IMG/VR virus record: IMGVR_UViG_3300017991_000064
Span: 42,875-106,874 of that record
Length of the DNA: 64,000 bases
From: a virus
Reading direction: 5' to 3' (one strand)
Shown here: piece after piece, positions 1 to 8,894 of the stretch
How positions within the stretch are numbered: the first letter of the stretch is position 1
Layout: each line of letters opens with the position of its first letter
Position numbers and translations under genes: made by a program
Notes under the pieces: generated by a model
Databases searched by the model: none
The model's input: only the letters and a program-made list of their open reading frames with translations
What the model was told of the DNA's origin: nothing

Positions 1-2
1 AT

Positions 3-632
3 CACCAAGGATACAATGTTAGATTCTATACCCTGGAGATGTCTCTCGAAGATATCTTTGAGAAGAGCAAACTCATTGTTAATCCCATCGCGTTAGCCAA
101 GGTAAAGAAAGATAAGGGAAGAAACAACTTCTTCAAGGTCGAATACTATCCATCATACACCTTTGGTTTATCTAATCTTAACCAGGATCTTCAGAATGAT
201 AAGGATAAAGGGAATCCCACACATTGGGTTGGTATAGATTACATTGAGGTTATGTTTCATCGATTATTCACTACCCTTCGAAATTCGAGTGATAAGAGAT
301 TTGGAATTAATCAGCTCTACTACGGGCTCAGAGACTCAGTTAACTATTACAACTACATGCTCTGGACTATTTCACAGGCTAACAGAGGAGCAGTTAAGAA
401 GAAAGGGAAGGCTGCAGAAAGTGGAGATATCGCAGAAGATTGGTCTAAGGTGGCTGCTATCGATTACCTTCTCTCAACAAACCAAACACCTGACCAGAGA
501 AAAGCCAGGATCATTATGTTAAAACTTCTAGAGTCTAGGTGGACAGATTGGGATAAACTCAAAACAGATGAGCTTTTCCTAAAGTATAAATCACCAACCC
601 TTCTCTTCAAAGAGATTGTATCAAAATTATAG
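3..632 (+). CDS. DnaB/T4 gp41-like replicative helicase, C-terminal part (5' end lies outside the window)
   Basis: The frame is open from nt 3 (HQGYNVRFYTLEMSLEDI, matching DnaB motif H1a). It then shows WVGIDYIEVM (Walker B/H2), LWTISQANR (H3), GDIAEDWSKVAAIDYLL (H4) and LLESRW at the arginine-finger position. The ORF-track start at 39 is an internal Met. Confidence 0.85.
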   Translation, partial: HQGYNVRFYTLEMSLEDIFEKSKLIVNPIALAKVKKDKGRNNFFKVEYYPSYTFGLSNLNQDLQNDKDKGNPTHWVGIDYIEVMFHRLFTTLRNSSDKRFGINQLYYGLRDSVNYYNYMLWTISQANRGAVKKKGKAAESGDIAEDWSKVAAIDYLLSTNQTPDQRKARIIMLKLLESRWTDWDKLKTDELFLKYKSPTLLFKEIVSKL

Positions 633-644
633 GAGTTAATTTCT

Positions 645-1664
645 ATGGACTCGGTAAAAAATCAAGGAGTATTCATTGTAGGAGACATGCATGTTGAGAT
701 TACTCAATATGCTTTCAGGGGTAGAATCGTAGAAATGATGCAGAAGATTAAAGAACATGAGTGTAAGAGTGTGATATGTCTGGGAGATTTCTTCAACTCC
801 TGGCTACTTAATAACGATTCGCTCCAGATGTTCAGCTACTATATAAAGATGATGAGTAGGGTAGTTGACCATATCTCATTCATTCAGGGTAACCACGAAC
901 TACCTAAAACAAAAGAATTCACACCGATCTTTGAAGTAATGCATACCTTGTTCCCCCAAATGAGCACTACTCTAACCTGGCATACTACACCTAGTTCTAC
1001 ATTCTCACACCCCAACCATAACCTTTACATTATACCATTTTCTAAAGAATTAGACTACAACTTTCTAGAGAAGCAAGTAAAGGGTAGAATCGTTCTAGGG
1101 CATTTTGATATTAAACAAATTCGAAGAATTAGAAAGATGTCACCAAAGTATATTATCAGTGGACACTACCATACTCCCCAGAAGTTCAAGGGAGGAATGA
1201 TTCTTGGTAGTTATGTTCCTATAGAATTTGATCGGGACTACGAAGGAAAGAACTATTACGCTGTAATTAAACCGGATAACAAAATTAAGATCCGCTCATT
1301 TGAACATCAGATACAACAGAAGATTGTAGAGGTTAATGATAACGATGATGTAAAGGATCTCCTAAAAGAGCAGAAGAAACAAAAGAAGCGAGAAAAAAGA
1401 ACACCCCGTGAGTTGGTTAAGGTGATAGTTACTTCTAAGTCAGTTTCTCATGATGCTCTTAGTAGATTACTTTCTGAGAATGGATGCTCTAGAATTGAGT
1501 TTGATACCAGTGCTGAGATATTTCCAGAAGGTACCATACAAGAATTATACGAGAAATTTCTAGTCGACAAAGACCTCTTAATGAAAGTGAATCCAGGTCT
1601 TTATAGTGCTGTGATTTCTTCATTAGAACAATATGTAGATCCGGATGAGAATGATGATGACTGA
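645..1664 (+). CDS. Mre11/SbcD/T4 gp47-like recombination nuclease
   Basis: Calcineurin-like phosphoesterase motifs GDMH, LGDFF, GNHE, GHFD, SGHYH; a Rad50-like partner lies downstream. Confidence 0.88.
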   Translation: MDSVKNQGVFIVGDMHVEITQYAFRGRIVEMMQKIKEHECKSVICLGDFFNSWLLNNDSLQMFSYYIKMMSRVVDHISFIQGNHELPKTKEFTPIFEVMHTLFPQMSTTLTWHTTPSSTFSHPNHNLYIIPFSKELDYNFLEKQVKGRIVLGHFDIKQIRRIRKMSPKYIISGHYHTPQKFKGGMILGSYVPIEFDRDYEGKNYYAVIKPDNKIKIRSFEHQIQQKIVEVNDNDDVKDLLKEQKKQKKREKRTPRELVKVIVTSKSVSHDALSRLLSENGCSRIEFDTSAEIFPEGTIQELYEKFLVDKDLLMKVNPGLYSAVISSLEQYVDPDENDDD

Positions 1665-2388
1665 GAGAATCAAGGGAGATCCCTACGCTAAAAAGTATAA
1701 AGTACGATTATCTCCAAAACAGGTGGCAGATATTGCATCGCAGTATAAGGAGAGAAAGAATATCCACCATGTTTCAAAACTATTGATTGAGGCCTATCAT
1801 TTCTTTCTGTTAAAATGGGCTCGATATTATGCTAACAAATTTCAAGGAGATGCTGCTATGTCTATAGAAGATTTTATGCAGGAGGGAAGAATAGCTCTTA
1901 TACTAGCCCTAGAGAAATTTAATCCCGAGAAGGGAGCTTTTACCACAATAGCCTACTACTATGTTCGGAGGAAAATGAAAAGATTCCTTCAACAGAATGG
2001 TCGTAAAGAACACTATAAACGAAGTAAAGTTTATCAGAAAACCATTATCCCCATGAAGTTTGATGAAATTGATTTTATTAACTTTCCCGCTAGCTACGAA
2101 GCAGACAGTTTTGAACAGATTGAAACCAAAGTAGACCAGGAAAATTTGTTAAGAGTAGGATTCTCAATCCTAACCAAGAGTGAAAGATATCTAGTAGAAA
2201 AATACTTCTTTGAAAACAAATCTCTTAAAGAGTTAGCATATATTTATGGAGTAACCAAAGAGGCGATTAGGCAAAGAAAGATAGTTATCTTAAACAAACT
2301 AAGAGAAAGAATCCAGGAGGTGTATCCAGATGAACAAGGAATTGAGGGAAGGATTGCAACAGAGAAGAAGAAAAAACGTACTAACTGA
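1645..2388 (+). CDS. phage-encoded sigma70-family RNA polymerase sigma factor
   Basis: Region 2 EDFMQEGRIALILALEKFNPEKGAFTTIAYYYVRRKM and region 4 HTH SLKELAYIYGVTKEAIRQ. The true start may be one of the ATGs at 1651-1657. Confidence 0.9.
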   Translation: MRMMMTERIKGDPYAKKYKVRLSPKQVADIASQYKERKNIHHVSKLLIEAYHFFLLKWARYYANKFQGDAAMSIEDFMQEGRIALILALEKFNPEKGAFTTIAYYYVRRKMKRFLQQNGRKEHYKRSKVYQKTIIPMKFDEIDFINFPASYEADSFEQIETKVDQENLLRVGFSILTKSERYLVEKYFFENKSLKELAYIYGVTKEAIRQRKIVILNKLRERIQEVYPDEQGIEGRIATEKKKKRTN

Positions 2389-3049
2389 ACAACGAGTATC
2401 TCATCTTACACAGATGGAAGATATTCTTTCCCACAGAAAAGCAGTTCAGCACGTAGCAGACCATCTTATTCACTTCTACCTTAATAACAACGAGGTAGGT
2501 CTAGCTCTAGCTATAGGGAAGAGAGCAGCAGAGCATGATGCAAGTAAGTTCGAAAAGGATGAATACCTAGGAATGTGTTCTGACACCAGAACCATTGCTC
2601 AGATGGGTGATGATGACAAGGGAGTAAAGATCGATCCTTGGAAAGCAATGGGTCCAGAAAAACGAAAGGCCGTGAGACTCCACTATCAAAGAAATCGACA
2701 TCATCCAGAACACTTTCCGGGTAACAGGTATGAAACAGACATGACCCAGTTGGATGTTATTGAAATGTGTATAGATTGGTATGCTAGATCTATTCAATTC
2801 AATAACAATCCTATCGAGTTTCTTGAAATAGTTAGGAACGATCGCTACAACTTCTCAGATGCCTTCTATGCCAAAGTGAAATCATGTCTGGAGTTAATAG
2901 AGGTTTTAATCTCAACCGGAATAGGGAAGGATCATCGAGCTGACTTTTGTGAAACAGAGGTGGGTGAAAAGATATTCAAGAAATTCGAGACTTTCAAACG
3001 AAGTTGTAAACTAAGAGAAAGGAGGCCAAGGCGTCATGTCCACAGATAA
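2330..3049 (+). CDS. DUF5662-like HD-type putative phosphohydrolase
   Basis: H..AV..V, HDASKF, HYQRNRHHPEHF and DVIEMCIDW motifs; AGGAGG SD upstream of 2330. Confidence 0.7.
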   Translation: MNKELREGLQQRRRKNVLTEQRVSHLTQMEDILSHRKAVQHVADHLIHFYLNNNEVGLALAIGKRAAEHDASKFEKDEYLGMCSDTRTIAQMGDDDKGVKIDPWKAMGPEKRKAVRLHYQRNRHHPEHFPGNRYETDMTQLDVIEMCIDWYARSIQFNNNPIEFLEIVRNDRYNFSDAFYAKVKSCLELIEVLISTGIGKDHRADFCETEVGEKIFKKFETFKRSCKLRERRPRRHVHR

Positions 3050-3683
3050 ACTTCAAAAGCAACTACTTGATAGGGCTATAAATGAAACCATTAATCAAGA
3101 AAAACTAGAGGGGAATAATCCATCCGCCTTGACCAAAGAAAAGCAAGAGGAAGCAATTACGAGACTAAAGGAAGCTCAGGAAGCATTAGCTCAGGATGAA
3201 AATTGGAGAGCTATGACAGAAGAAGAAAGCAACACCTGGGTAAATTGGTGTAATATCCTGGTGCCTAATAACATCAAAGAAAGCACACATTCCTTCTTTC
3301 TCAGGGGTATGAGTGAAGCCTTCGGTGAGCTGGCTCCCTCATTTAACATCTCAATCAACACCTTCCCCCAGAGGCTGTTAGAAGAATTTGGTTTGAAGAA
3401 TATCAAAACAGCCAGAGATCTGAATAAGAATGCTGACCCTGGAGTTACCTACAAGAGTAAGATTATAAAGCTTGATCTAACCAGAACAGGTAACTCCAAC
3501 CGTAAGACTACCTTTCAATCCAAGTGGAAAAATGCTCTTATTAGAGAGGTACTAAAACAAGATGCCCTTACAGAGATGGTAGTTCTTACGTGCATCTACG
3601 AGTATCGCCAGCAGTATCTAGGTTATCTACCTAACTACATACGCTACATGGTGGAAGGGTACTTTCCCGAGGTAGCAAAGTAA
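3036..3683 (+). CDS. hypothetical protein
   Basis: 215 aa ORF with AGGAGG SD, tightly packed in the operon; no motif recognised. Confidence 0.6.
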   Translation: MSTDKLQKQLLDRAINETINQEKLEGNNPSALTKEKQEEAITRLKEAQEALAQDENWRAMTEEESNTWVNWCNILVPNNIKESTHSFFLRGMSEAFGELAPSFNISINTFPQRLLEEFGLKNIKTARDLNKNADPGVTYKSKIIKLDLTRTGNSNRKTTFQSKWKNALIREVLKQDALTEMVVLTCIYEYRQQYLGYLPNYIRYMVEGYFPEVAK

Positions 3684-3695
3684 AAGGTCATATAA

Positions 3696-5312
3696 ATGAA
3701 GCTATTGAGTTTGAAGATAAAGAATCTGAAATCAATTTCAACCCTCTCAATGAAATTGAAAGATGGTGTGACATTGATTGTAGGTGACAACAAGATAGGG
3801 AAGACATCAATTTTTCAGGCTATAATGTTTGCAATCTATGGTGGTGTGAAGAAAAATCTCATTCGTCATGATCAAAAGCTCTGTGAATTAATGCTAGAGT
3901 TTGAACATGACCACCATCACTACAAGATTCAACGAACATTCTACAACCGGAAAAAATCATCTGATGCTTCCTTATGGATCGATTCAATGGATGAGCCCTA
4001 TTCATCCAGTACGAAAGTAATCAATGGTCTCGCTAAACAAAGATTCCACTTCTTCAAACTCTTTGGCTTTATCTACTATACTAAGGTTAACACCTGGTTA
4101 GTAGAACAGAAAATGAAAAAAGATCAATTTCTTTTAGAACTCTTTGACCTGGACTGTATCAGTCAATTTGTTAAAGAGGGAGAATCCCACATACGGAAGT
4201 TCAGAAAAGATATTCCAGAGTGGTACTTTGAATTTGATCCTGAAGAAAAACGAATTGAACTAGATGAGGCAAAAGAAAAGAGAGAAAAGTATACTGTGGC
4301 TCTAAACAAACTAGATCAGAAAATCAGTACACTAGATAAACTTCAGGCTAAGATTAAGTTCTATCGAAAACAAACTGAAGGGAAAGAAGTTGTAAAACCT
4401 GAAATGATCGAGGAGCTAGAAAATAAGTTGGAAGATGTCCAAAAAGAAATTGGCGCTATCAATCACCTAATGAAAGCCAAGAGTAAGATTCTGAATTTCA
4501 CAAAATCCTATGACTCAGAGAACACCTGTCCACTTTGTCACTCAACAGTAAACCTAAAGAAGGTAGCAAAAGCAATTAAACAAGATCTGGCACAGTTAGA
4601 GGAGAAGGAGGAAGAATGGGAAAAGGTCAATGATCAAATTAATGAAGCTCTCAAGAAAATGATCACAAGGGATGACCTACCAGAAATTACGAAAACACAA
4701 CTTAAAAAGAACCTTGATACCCTTCCTCTTCGTCAAAAAAGATCCAAGCTCCGCGAAAGAATGAGTCCCAACTCTGCCATAATTAGTTCTATAAAGGACG
4801 AGTTATATGCCCACAGAAAGATTCAACGTCGGATAGAGGAGTCTAACATCAATGAGCTTGAAACCTCGGTGCAATCGCTATCAAGTACCATCAAGGTAAT
4901 TAATGATACAATGAAAGCCAACCTCGTTAATATGATGAACGAATTCATGTTGGTAGCATATGAGGGTAATAGCTCTATACATCTTATTGATGGTCAACTC
5001 TATTTAGAAAACAGCAGAGGAGAGAAGATTGAGTTTGATGAGATGAGTGGAGCCAATAGCGAGATAGAAATTGTAATCTTTATCTTTGCTACATCACTGA
5101 ACATTATTACAGGAAACAGAGTACTTATAATGGATGAGCTCTTTAATACCCTAGATAAGAAAACTTTTCCTAGAGCGGTGAACCTCATCCAGTATGTTAC
5201 CAAAAAGTACTTAACTCAACTCTTCATTATCTCACATCGCAATGATTTTGAATATGACCATCTATTCACCAAATCAAAGAAAAGAGATAAGTGGGGATAT
5301 ATTTCTAACTAA
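3696..5312 (+). CDS. Rad50/SbcC/T4 gp46-like SMC ATPase
   Basis: Walker A GDNKIGKTS, coiled coils around a CPLC zinc hook, degenerate signature MSGANSE, Walker B LIMDE, D-loop LD, H-loop IISH. Confidence 0.9.
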   Translation: MKLLSLKIKNLKSISTLSMKLKDGVTLIVGDNKIGKTSIFQAIMFAIYGGVKKNLIRHDQKLCELMLEFEHDHHHYKIQRTFYNRKKSSDASLWIDSMDEPYSSSTKVINGLAKQRFHFFKLFGFIYYTKVNTWLVEQKMKKDQFLLELFDLDCISQFVKEGESHIRKFRKDIPEWYFEFDPEEKRIELDEAKEKREKYTVALNKLDQKISTLDKLQAKIKFYRKQTEGKEVVKPEMIEELENKLEDVQKEIGAINHLMKAKSKILNFTKSYDSENTCPLCHSTVNLKKVAKAIKQDLAQLEEKEEEWEKVNDQINEALKKMITRDDLPEITKTQLKKNLDTLPLRQKRSKLRERMSPNSAIISSIKDELYAHRKIQRRIEESNINELETSVQSLSSTIKVINDTMKANLVNMMNEFMLVAYEGNSSIHLIDGQLYLENSRGEKIEFDEMSGANSEIEIVIFIFATSLNIITGNRVLIMDELFNTLDKKTFPRAVNLIQYVTKKYLTQLFIISHRNDFEYDHLFTKSKKRDKWGYISN

Positions 5313-5395
5313 ATCATAGGTGCCAGGATGAAAATTTGGTACCGCTATTGAATTTGTTTACCATTATAGTAGAATCCCAAAAGGTTAAATCTCCA
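5312..5395 (+). repeat. dispersed ~75 bp intergenic element, copy 1
   Basis: 5312-5352 is identical (41/41) to the reverse complement of 44753-44793; 5320-5393 aligns colinearly with 56963-57036. Confidence 0.9.
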
Positions 5396-5421
5396 CGAAA
5401 ACTTTTATAAGGAATGATAAC

Positions 5422-7311
5422 ATGTATATAATCAAGAGTAAGAAGGGTTACCAAAGATTGGTCCCTAATGTAGAAATTGAAGAATACTTCTCGGAAGATT
5501 ATTTCATAGGTAGAAGTACCAAACAAGGGAAACATATATTTCCTGTTTGGCGAAAAGCTTTGAAAACTATCTTCAGTAAAAAGCGTGGTAAAGACCTCAT
5601 TGAGGTTATTGCTACTGGAGCTATTGGTTCGGGGAAGTCCACTCTAGCTATAATAGGATCATCTTTCATACTCTACAAACTTTTATTATTAGAAGATCCA
5701 CATGATACCTTTGATATGATCAGAGGTCAACCTATCTTCTACCTATTCTTCAATGTAACAATGGATGCCAGTGAAGAAGGAAACATTCTGGCCCTAGGGA
5801 ACCTTATACATGAAGCTCCTGTTTTTAGGGATCTAGGGGTTAGGTTTTCGAAGAATACGAAATACCCAAAACCCATCTTCCCTAAGAATATTCTACTAGC
5901 TCCCGGTTCTATGTTTGCTAAAGGTTTCGGGGCTGTTGGTAAGAATGTCATTAGCGGAATGATGGATGAGGTGAATGAATCTGATACAGACAAGAAACAA
6001 AGAAAGGCTCTCTTCACACAGAAGCGGGCATTGAAAATGTATAAAGCTATCATACGGAGAATGAAATCAAGATTTTTTGATGACCCTGATCAACCCTTCC
6101 TTAGGTACATTAAGCTCTTTCTCATTTCATCCAGACAAGAGAAAGACAATTTCCTTGAGGATTATATCGAGAAGGTAAAAGATAAGAAACATGTTATCGT
6201 TTTTGATTTCCCAGTTTGGGTAGCAAGATCCAAAAAGAAACTATGTGGGGATACATTCCATGTAGCAGTTTCTCCATTCATGGATCCCATGATAGTAAAG
6301 AAGAAGAAAGAAATTCCTGATGTTGATGGAATCAAATCATATGAAATCCCTGTAGAGTATCTTCCAGCATTTGAACTAGATGCTCTATCCGCCCTTGCTG
6401 AGATAGCTGGTGTTAGTGTAAACAGGATGAGGACCAGATTCTTTAGAAATAGAAAACTCCTCAAGGCTTCTTTCACAGAACGTCCTATCAATAGAGATAT
6501 TCTAGAACTTTCTCTCTATGATGCAATTCAGGTAGCATCATGTTTTAATATTAAGGAACTGATGAAACTCCGTGGACAAGCTATGACAGTACATATTGAT
6601 GTTGGTTTGACTGGGGATAGATTGGGCATTGGTGCTGCTATGGTGGAATCATTCAAGCACCTAACTGTTTCTCCAGATGAGGAAGAGAAGTTAAGATTAC
6701 TAAAAACAACTCTAGATCAAGAAAGCGATAGTCCTGTGGATGAGAAGAAACCAAATGAAGTACATGTACCTATAGTTCTAGTTCCCTTTGCTCTAGGTAT
6801 TCAAGCTAAAGATGAGATTCCCCTATTTAAGATTCGTGACTTTCTCTTCTTCCTCCGTGATGATATTGGAATACACTTCATCGAGGTAACTACTGATGGT
6901 TATCAATCTCGTGACCTACGACAGTTGTTAACAGTAGCTAATATTCCAAACAGAGAGTTATCCGTGGATAGAACGATGTCACATCATACAATCTACAGGA
7001 CATGGGTCTATATGGGATTAGTAAAGAAAGTGAAGAATAGAATGCTATGGAAGGAGGAAAAAGAGTTACTAGAGTTGATGACAGATGCAAAGATTGATCA
7101 TCCCGATGGAGGCAGTAAGGACCTTTCTGATGGAGTAACTGGAGCTGTAGCAAATCTTTTAATACAGAAACAGAGTAGAATGAACATGAGTCCACAGGCT
7201 AGGAAGGATCTCTACAGAATGATGCTAAACCAAGGAAGGTCAAAGACCACAGGATTGATGGATATGATGAGGCCCAAAAGGGGTGGTAACCCATTAAACT
7301 ATAAAAAATAA
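5422..7311 (+). CDS. terL: terminase large subunit
   Basis: Walker A GAIGSGKST, Walker B GMMDEVNE, coupling motif ISS, RNase H-like nuclease HIDVG...TTDGYQS...KIDHPDGGSKDLSDGV. Confidence 0.9.
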   Translation: MYIIKSKKGYQRLVPNVEIEEYFSEDYFIGRSTKQGKHIFPVWRKALKTIFSKKRGKDLIEVIATGAIGSGKSTLAIIGSSFILYKLLLLEDPHDTFDMIRGQPIFYLFFNVTMDASEEGNILALGNLIHEAPVFRDLGVRFSKNTKYPKPIFPKNILLAPGSMFAKGFGAVGKNVISGMMDEVNESDTDKKQRKALFTQKRALKMYKAIIRRMKSRFFDDPDQPFLRYIKLFLISSRQEKDNFLEDYIEKVKDKKHVIVFDFPVWVARSKKKLCGDTFHVAVSPFMDPMIVKKKKEIPDVDGIKSYEIPVEYLPAFELDALSALAEIAGVSVNRMRTRFFRNRKLLKASFTERPINRDILELSLYDAIQVASCFNIKELMKLRGQAMTVHIDVGLTGDRLGIGAAMVESFKHLTVSPDEEEKLRLLKTTLDQESDSPVDEKKPNEVHVPIVLVPFALGIQAKDEIPLFKIRDFLFFLRDDIGIHFIEVTTDGYQSRDLRQLLTVANIPNRELSVDRTMSHHTIYRTWVYMGLVKKVKNRMLWKEEKELLELMTDAKIDHPDGGSKDLSDGVTGAVANLLIQKQSRMNMSPQARKDLYRMMLNQGRSKTTGLMDMMRPKRGGNPLNYKK

Positions 7312-7324
7312 CAGGAGGAACACT

Positions 7325-7759
7325 ATGGATGACATGACTAAGGTAAAGGAACCCAAAGACATTAATGACACAGAGAACACAGATGATCTTCTCACAAAGG
7401 AAGACCTAGCTAAGGAATGTAATGAGGAACTCTGGGCACTGAAACTGGTGACTGGGGAAGAAGTTCTAGCCAAGGGGTACTGGAAGGTACCTAAGGAAGG
7501 GCTCAATTCAATCTTCATTATTACGGGATCAATGGTAAGGTTGATGGCTAACCCAGTCTTGGTCAGAGGAAACCTAGCTTTTCAAAAGACTTATGTACCG
7601 TGGGTACACGAAGCTCACACGCAGGAGATTAATTCCTGGTTCGTAATCTCTTCCAACAATCAAGTTTCTAAGAAGGCCACTGAACAGTTCTACAAAACTA
7701 CAACCGGTCTCAGTATTCATGGTACCAATGAGATTCCATCCAATGGGGGTCACCAATGA
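7325..7759 (+). CDS. Sm-like (KLxxGEE) protein of T4-like phages
   Basis: ALKLVTGEEVLAK...LMANP...YVPW pattern; AGGAGG SD. Confidence 0.5.
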   Translation: MDDMTKVKEPKDINDTENTDDLLTKEDLAKECNEELWALKLVTGEEVLAKGYWKVPKEGLNSIFIITGSMVRLMANPVLVRGNLAFQKTYVPWVHEAHTQEINSWFVISSNNQVSKKATEQFYKTTTGLSIHGTNEIPSNGGHQ

Positions 7760-8214
7760 GAAAGTTTACTTACTTTTTGCTGCTCATTTTCTTTTTATTA
7801 GTTGGCCAGAGTTTCAGAGTAAAGGCTGAGGTTTTTGTAGTAACCAAAGTGAAGTACCCTGAGAAACCACATAGAACGTATTACCTCCGTTCAGTTACTA
7901 AGCCAATCCATAAACTCTCTATGGTTCAGAAGGATATTAAAGGCCTGTATCTGGAGATGAATGATCAGATTGAGGTAGTTTTAAGTTTTGAGAAACCTGG
8001 TGATACAGAAATCTTCGTATATCTGAGAGTTGAAACGATGGGGGAGAAGAGAACACCGGCTGGAGACCAGAGAACTGTTTACGGGTGTACATTTATCAAT
8101 GGGGCAAGTTTTGGAGGCTCGGGTAAATTTGATGGTGGATTCTTCAATAAAACATTAAAACTGGGTGATAGGTTCTACTTATCCCTACGCAAAGTTTCAG
8201 AGGAGGATAGCTGA
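7756..8214 (+). CDS. putative secreted/periplasmic beta-rich protein
   Basis: N-terminus MRK + hydrophobic FTYFLLLIFFLLV + VKA cleavage-like site. Confidence 0.55.
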   Translation: MRKFTYFLLLIFFLLVGQSFRVKAEVFVVTKVKYPEKPHRTYYLRSVTKPIHKLSMVQKDIKGLYLEMNDQIEVVLSFEKPGDTEIFVYLRVETMGEKRTPAGDQRTVYGCTFINGASFGGSGKFDGGFFNKTLKLGDRFYLSLRKVSEEDS

Positions 8215-8216
8215 TC

Positions 8217-8894
8217 ATGTACGAAAATATAGAAATGATTCCGCAAGATGTCAGGATCATCGAACAGCCCGTACTAAAGAATATCAGAAACTCGGAGTTT
8301 GTAGCTAGGTTATCACACCGCTCGGAAGAAAGAATCTCCGACGATTCTTACGTGGCTCTCATGGATAAAATGACACGTTTGAACCACCAGGCAGCCTTTG
8401 AGTTCATGGATATGACCGTAATGTTTACTACGAACCGTGGAGTATCCCATGAACTTGTCCGACATCGCCTATGTTCCTTCCTGCAAGAGAGTACGAGATA
8501 CATCAATTTCGACAAGAAGATGAAGGGTAAGATTCCTATTATCCGCGGGGATTACCCAATGTATATGTTAAAGATTCTGGATGACATAGCATATACATAC
8601 AAGAAGATGGTTAACGAAGGTATCCCACCACAGAAAGCAAGAGATATCCTACCAATGTCATTGGCTACCAGGATAGCTGTTAAAACCAATCTTAGAGAAT
8701 GGGCATATTTATTCCACATGAGATTATTCAACAAGAAAGCTCATCCTCAGTTTAGAGAGTTGATGTCAATGCTATTGAATAAGCTAGTAAACAAACCAGC
8801 CTGGTATCCGGTAGTAAACTGCCTACTTCAGAATACCTATGGATACACAGAAGAACAAATCGAAGATGCAAGGGGGGTCTGTCTCAATGAGTAA
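8217..8894 (+). CDS. thyX: FAD-dependent thymidylate synthase
   Basis: RGVSHELVRHRLCSFLQESTRY (RHRxxSxxQxSxR signature), ARDILP, NLREW, AHPQFR. Confidence 0.95.
   Translation: MYENIEMIPQDVRIIEQPVLKNIRNSEFVARLSHRSEERISDDSYVALMDKMTRLNHQAAFEFMDMTVMFTTNRGVSHELVRHRLCSFLQESTRYINFDKKMKGKIPIIRGDYPMYMLKILDDIAYTYKKMVNEGIPPQKARDILPMSLATRIAVKTNLREWAYLFHMRLFNKKAHPQFRELMSMLLNKLVNKPAWYPVVNCLLQNTYGYTEEQIEDARGVCLNE

Noticed and set aside
5314-5535. 73 aa minus-strand ORF spanning repeat copy 1
   Set aside because: It is antisense to terL, and I saw no equivalent ORF at the other repeat copies, so the element is treated as non-coding.
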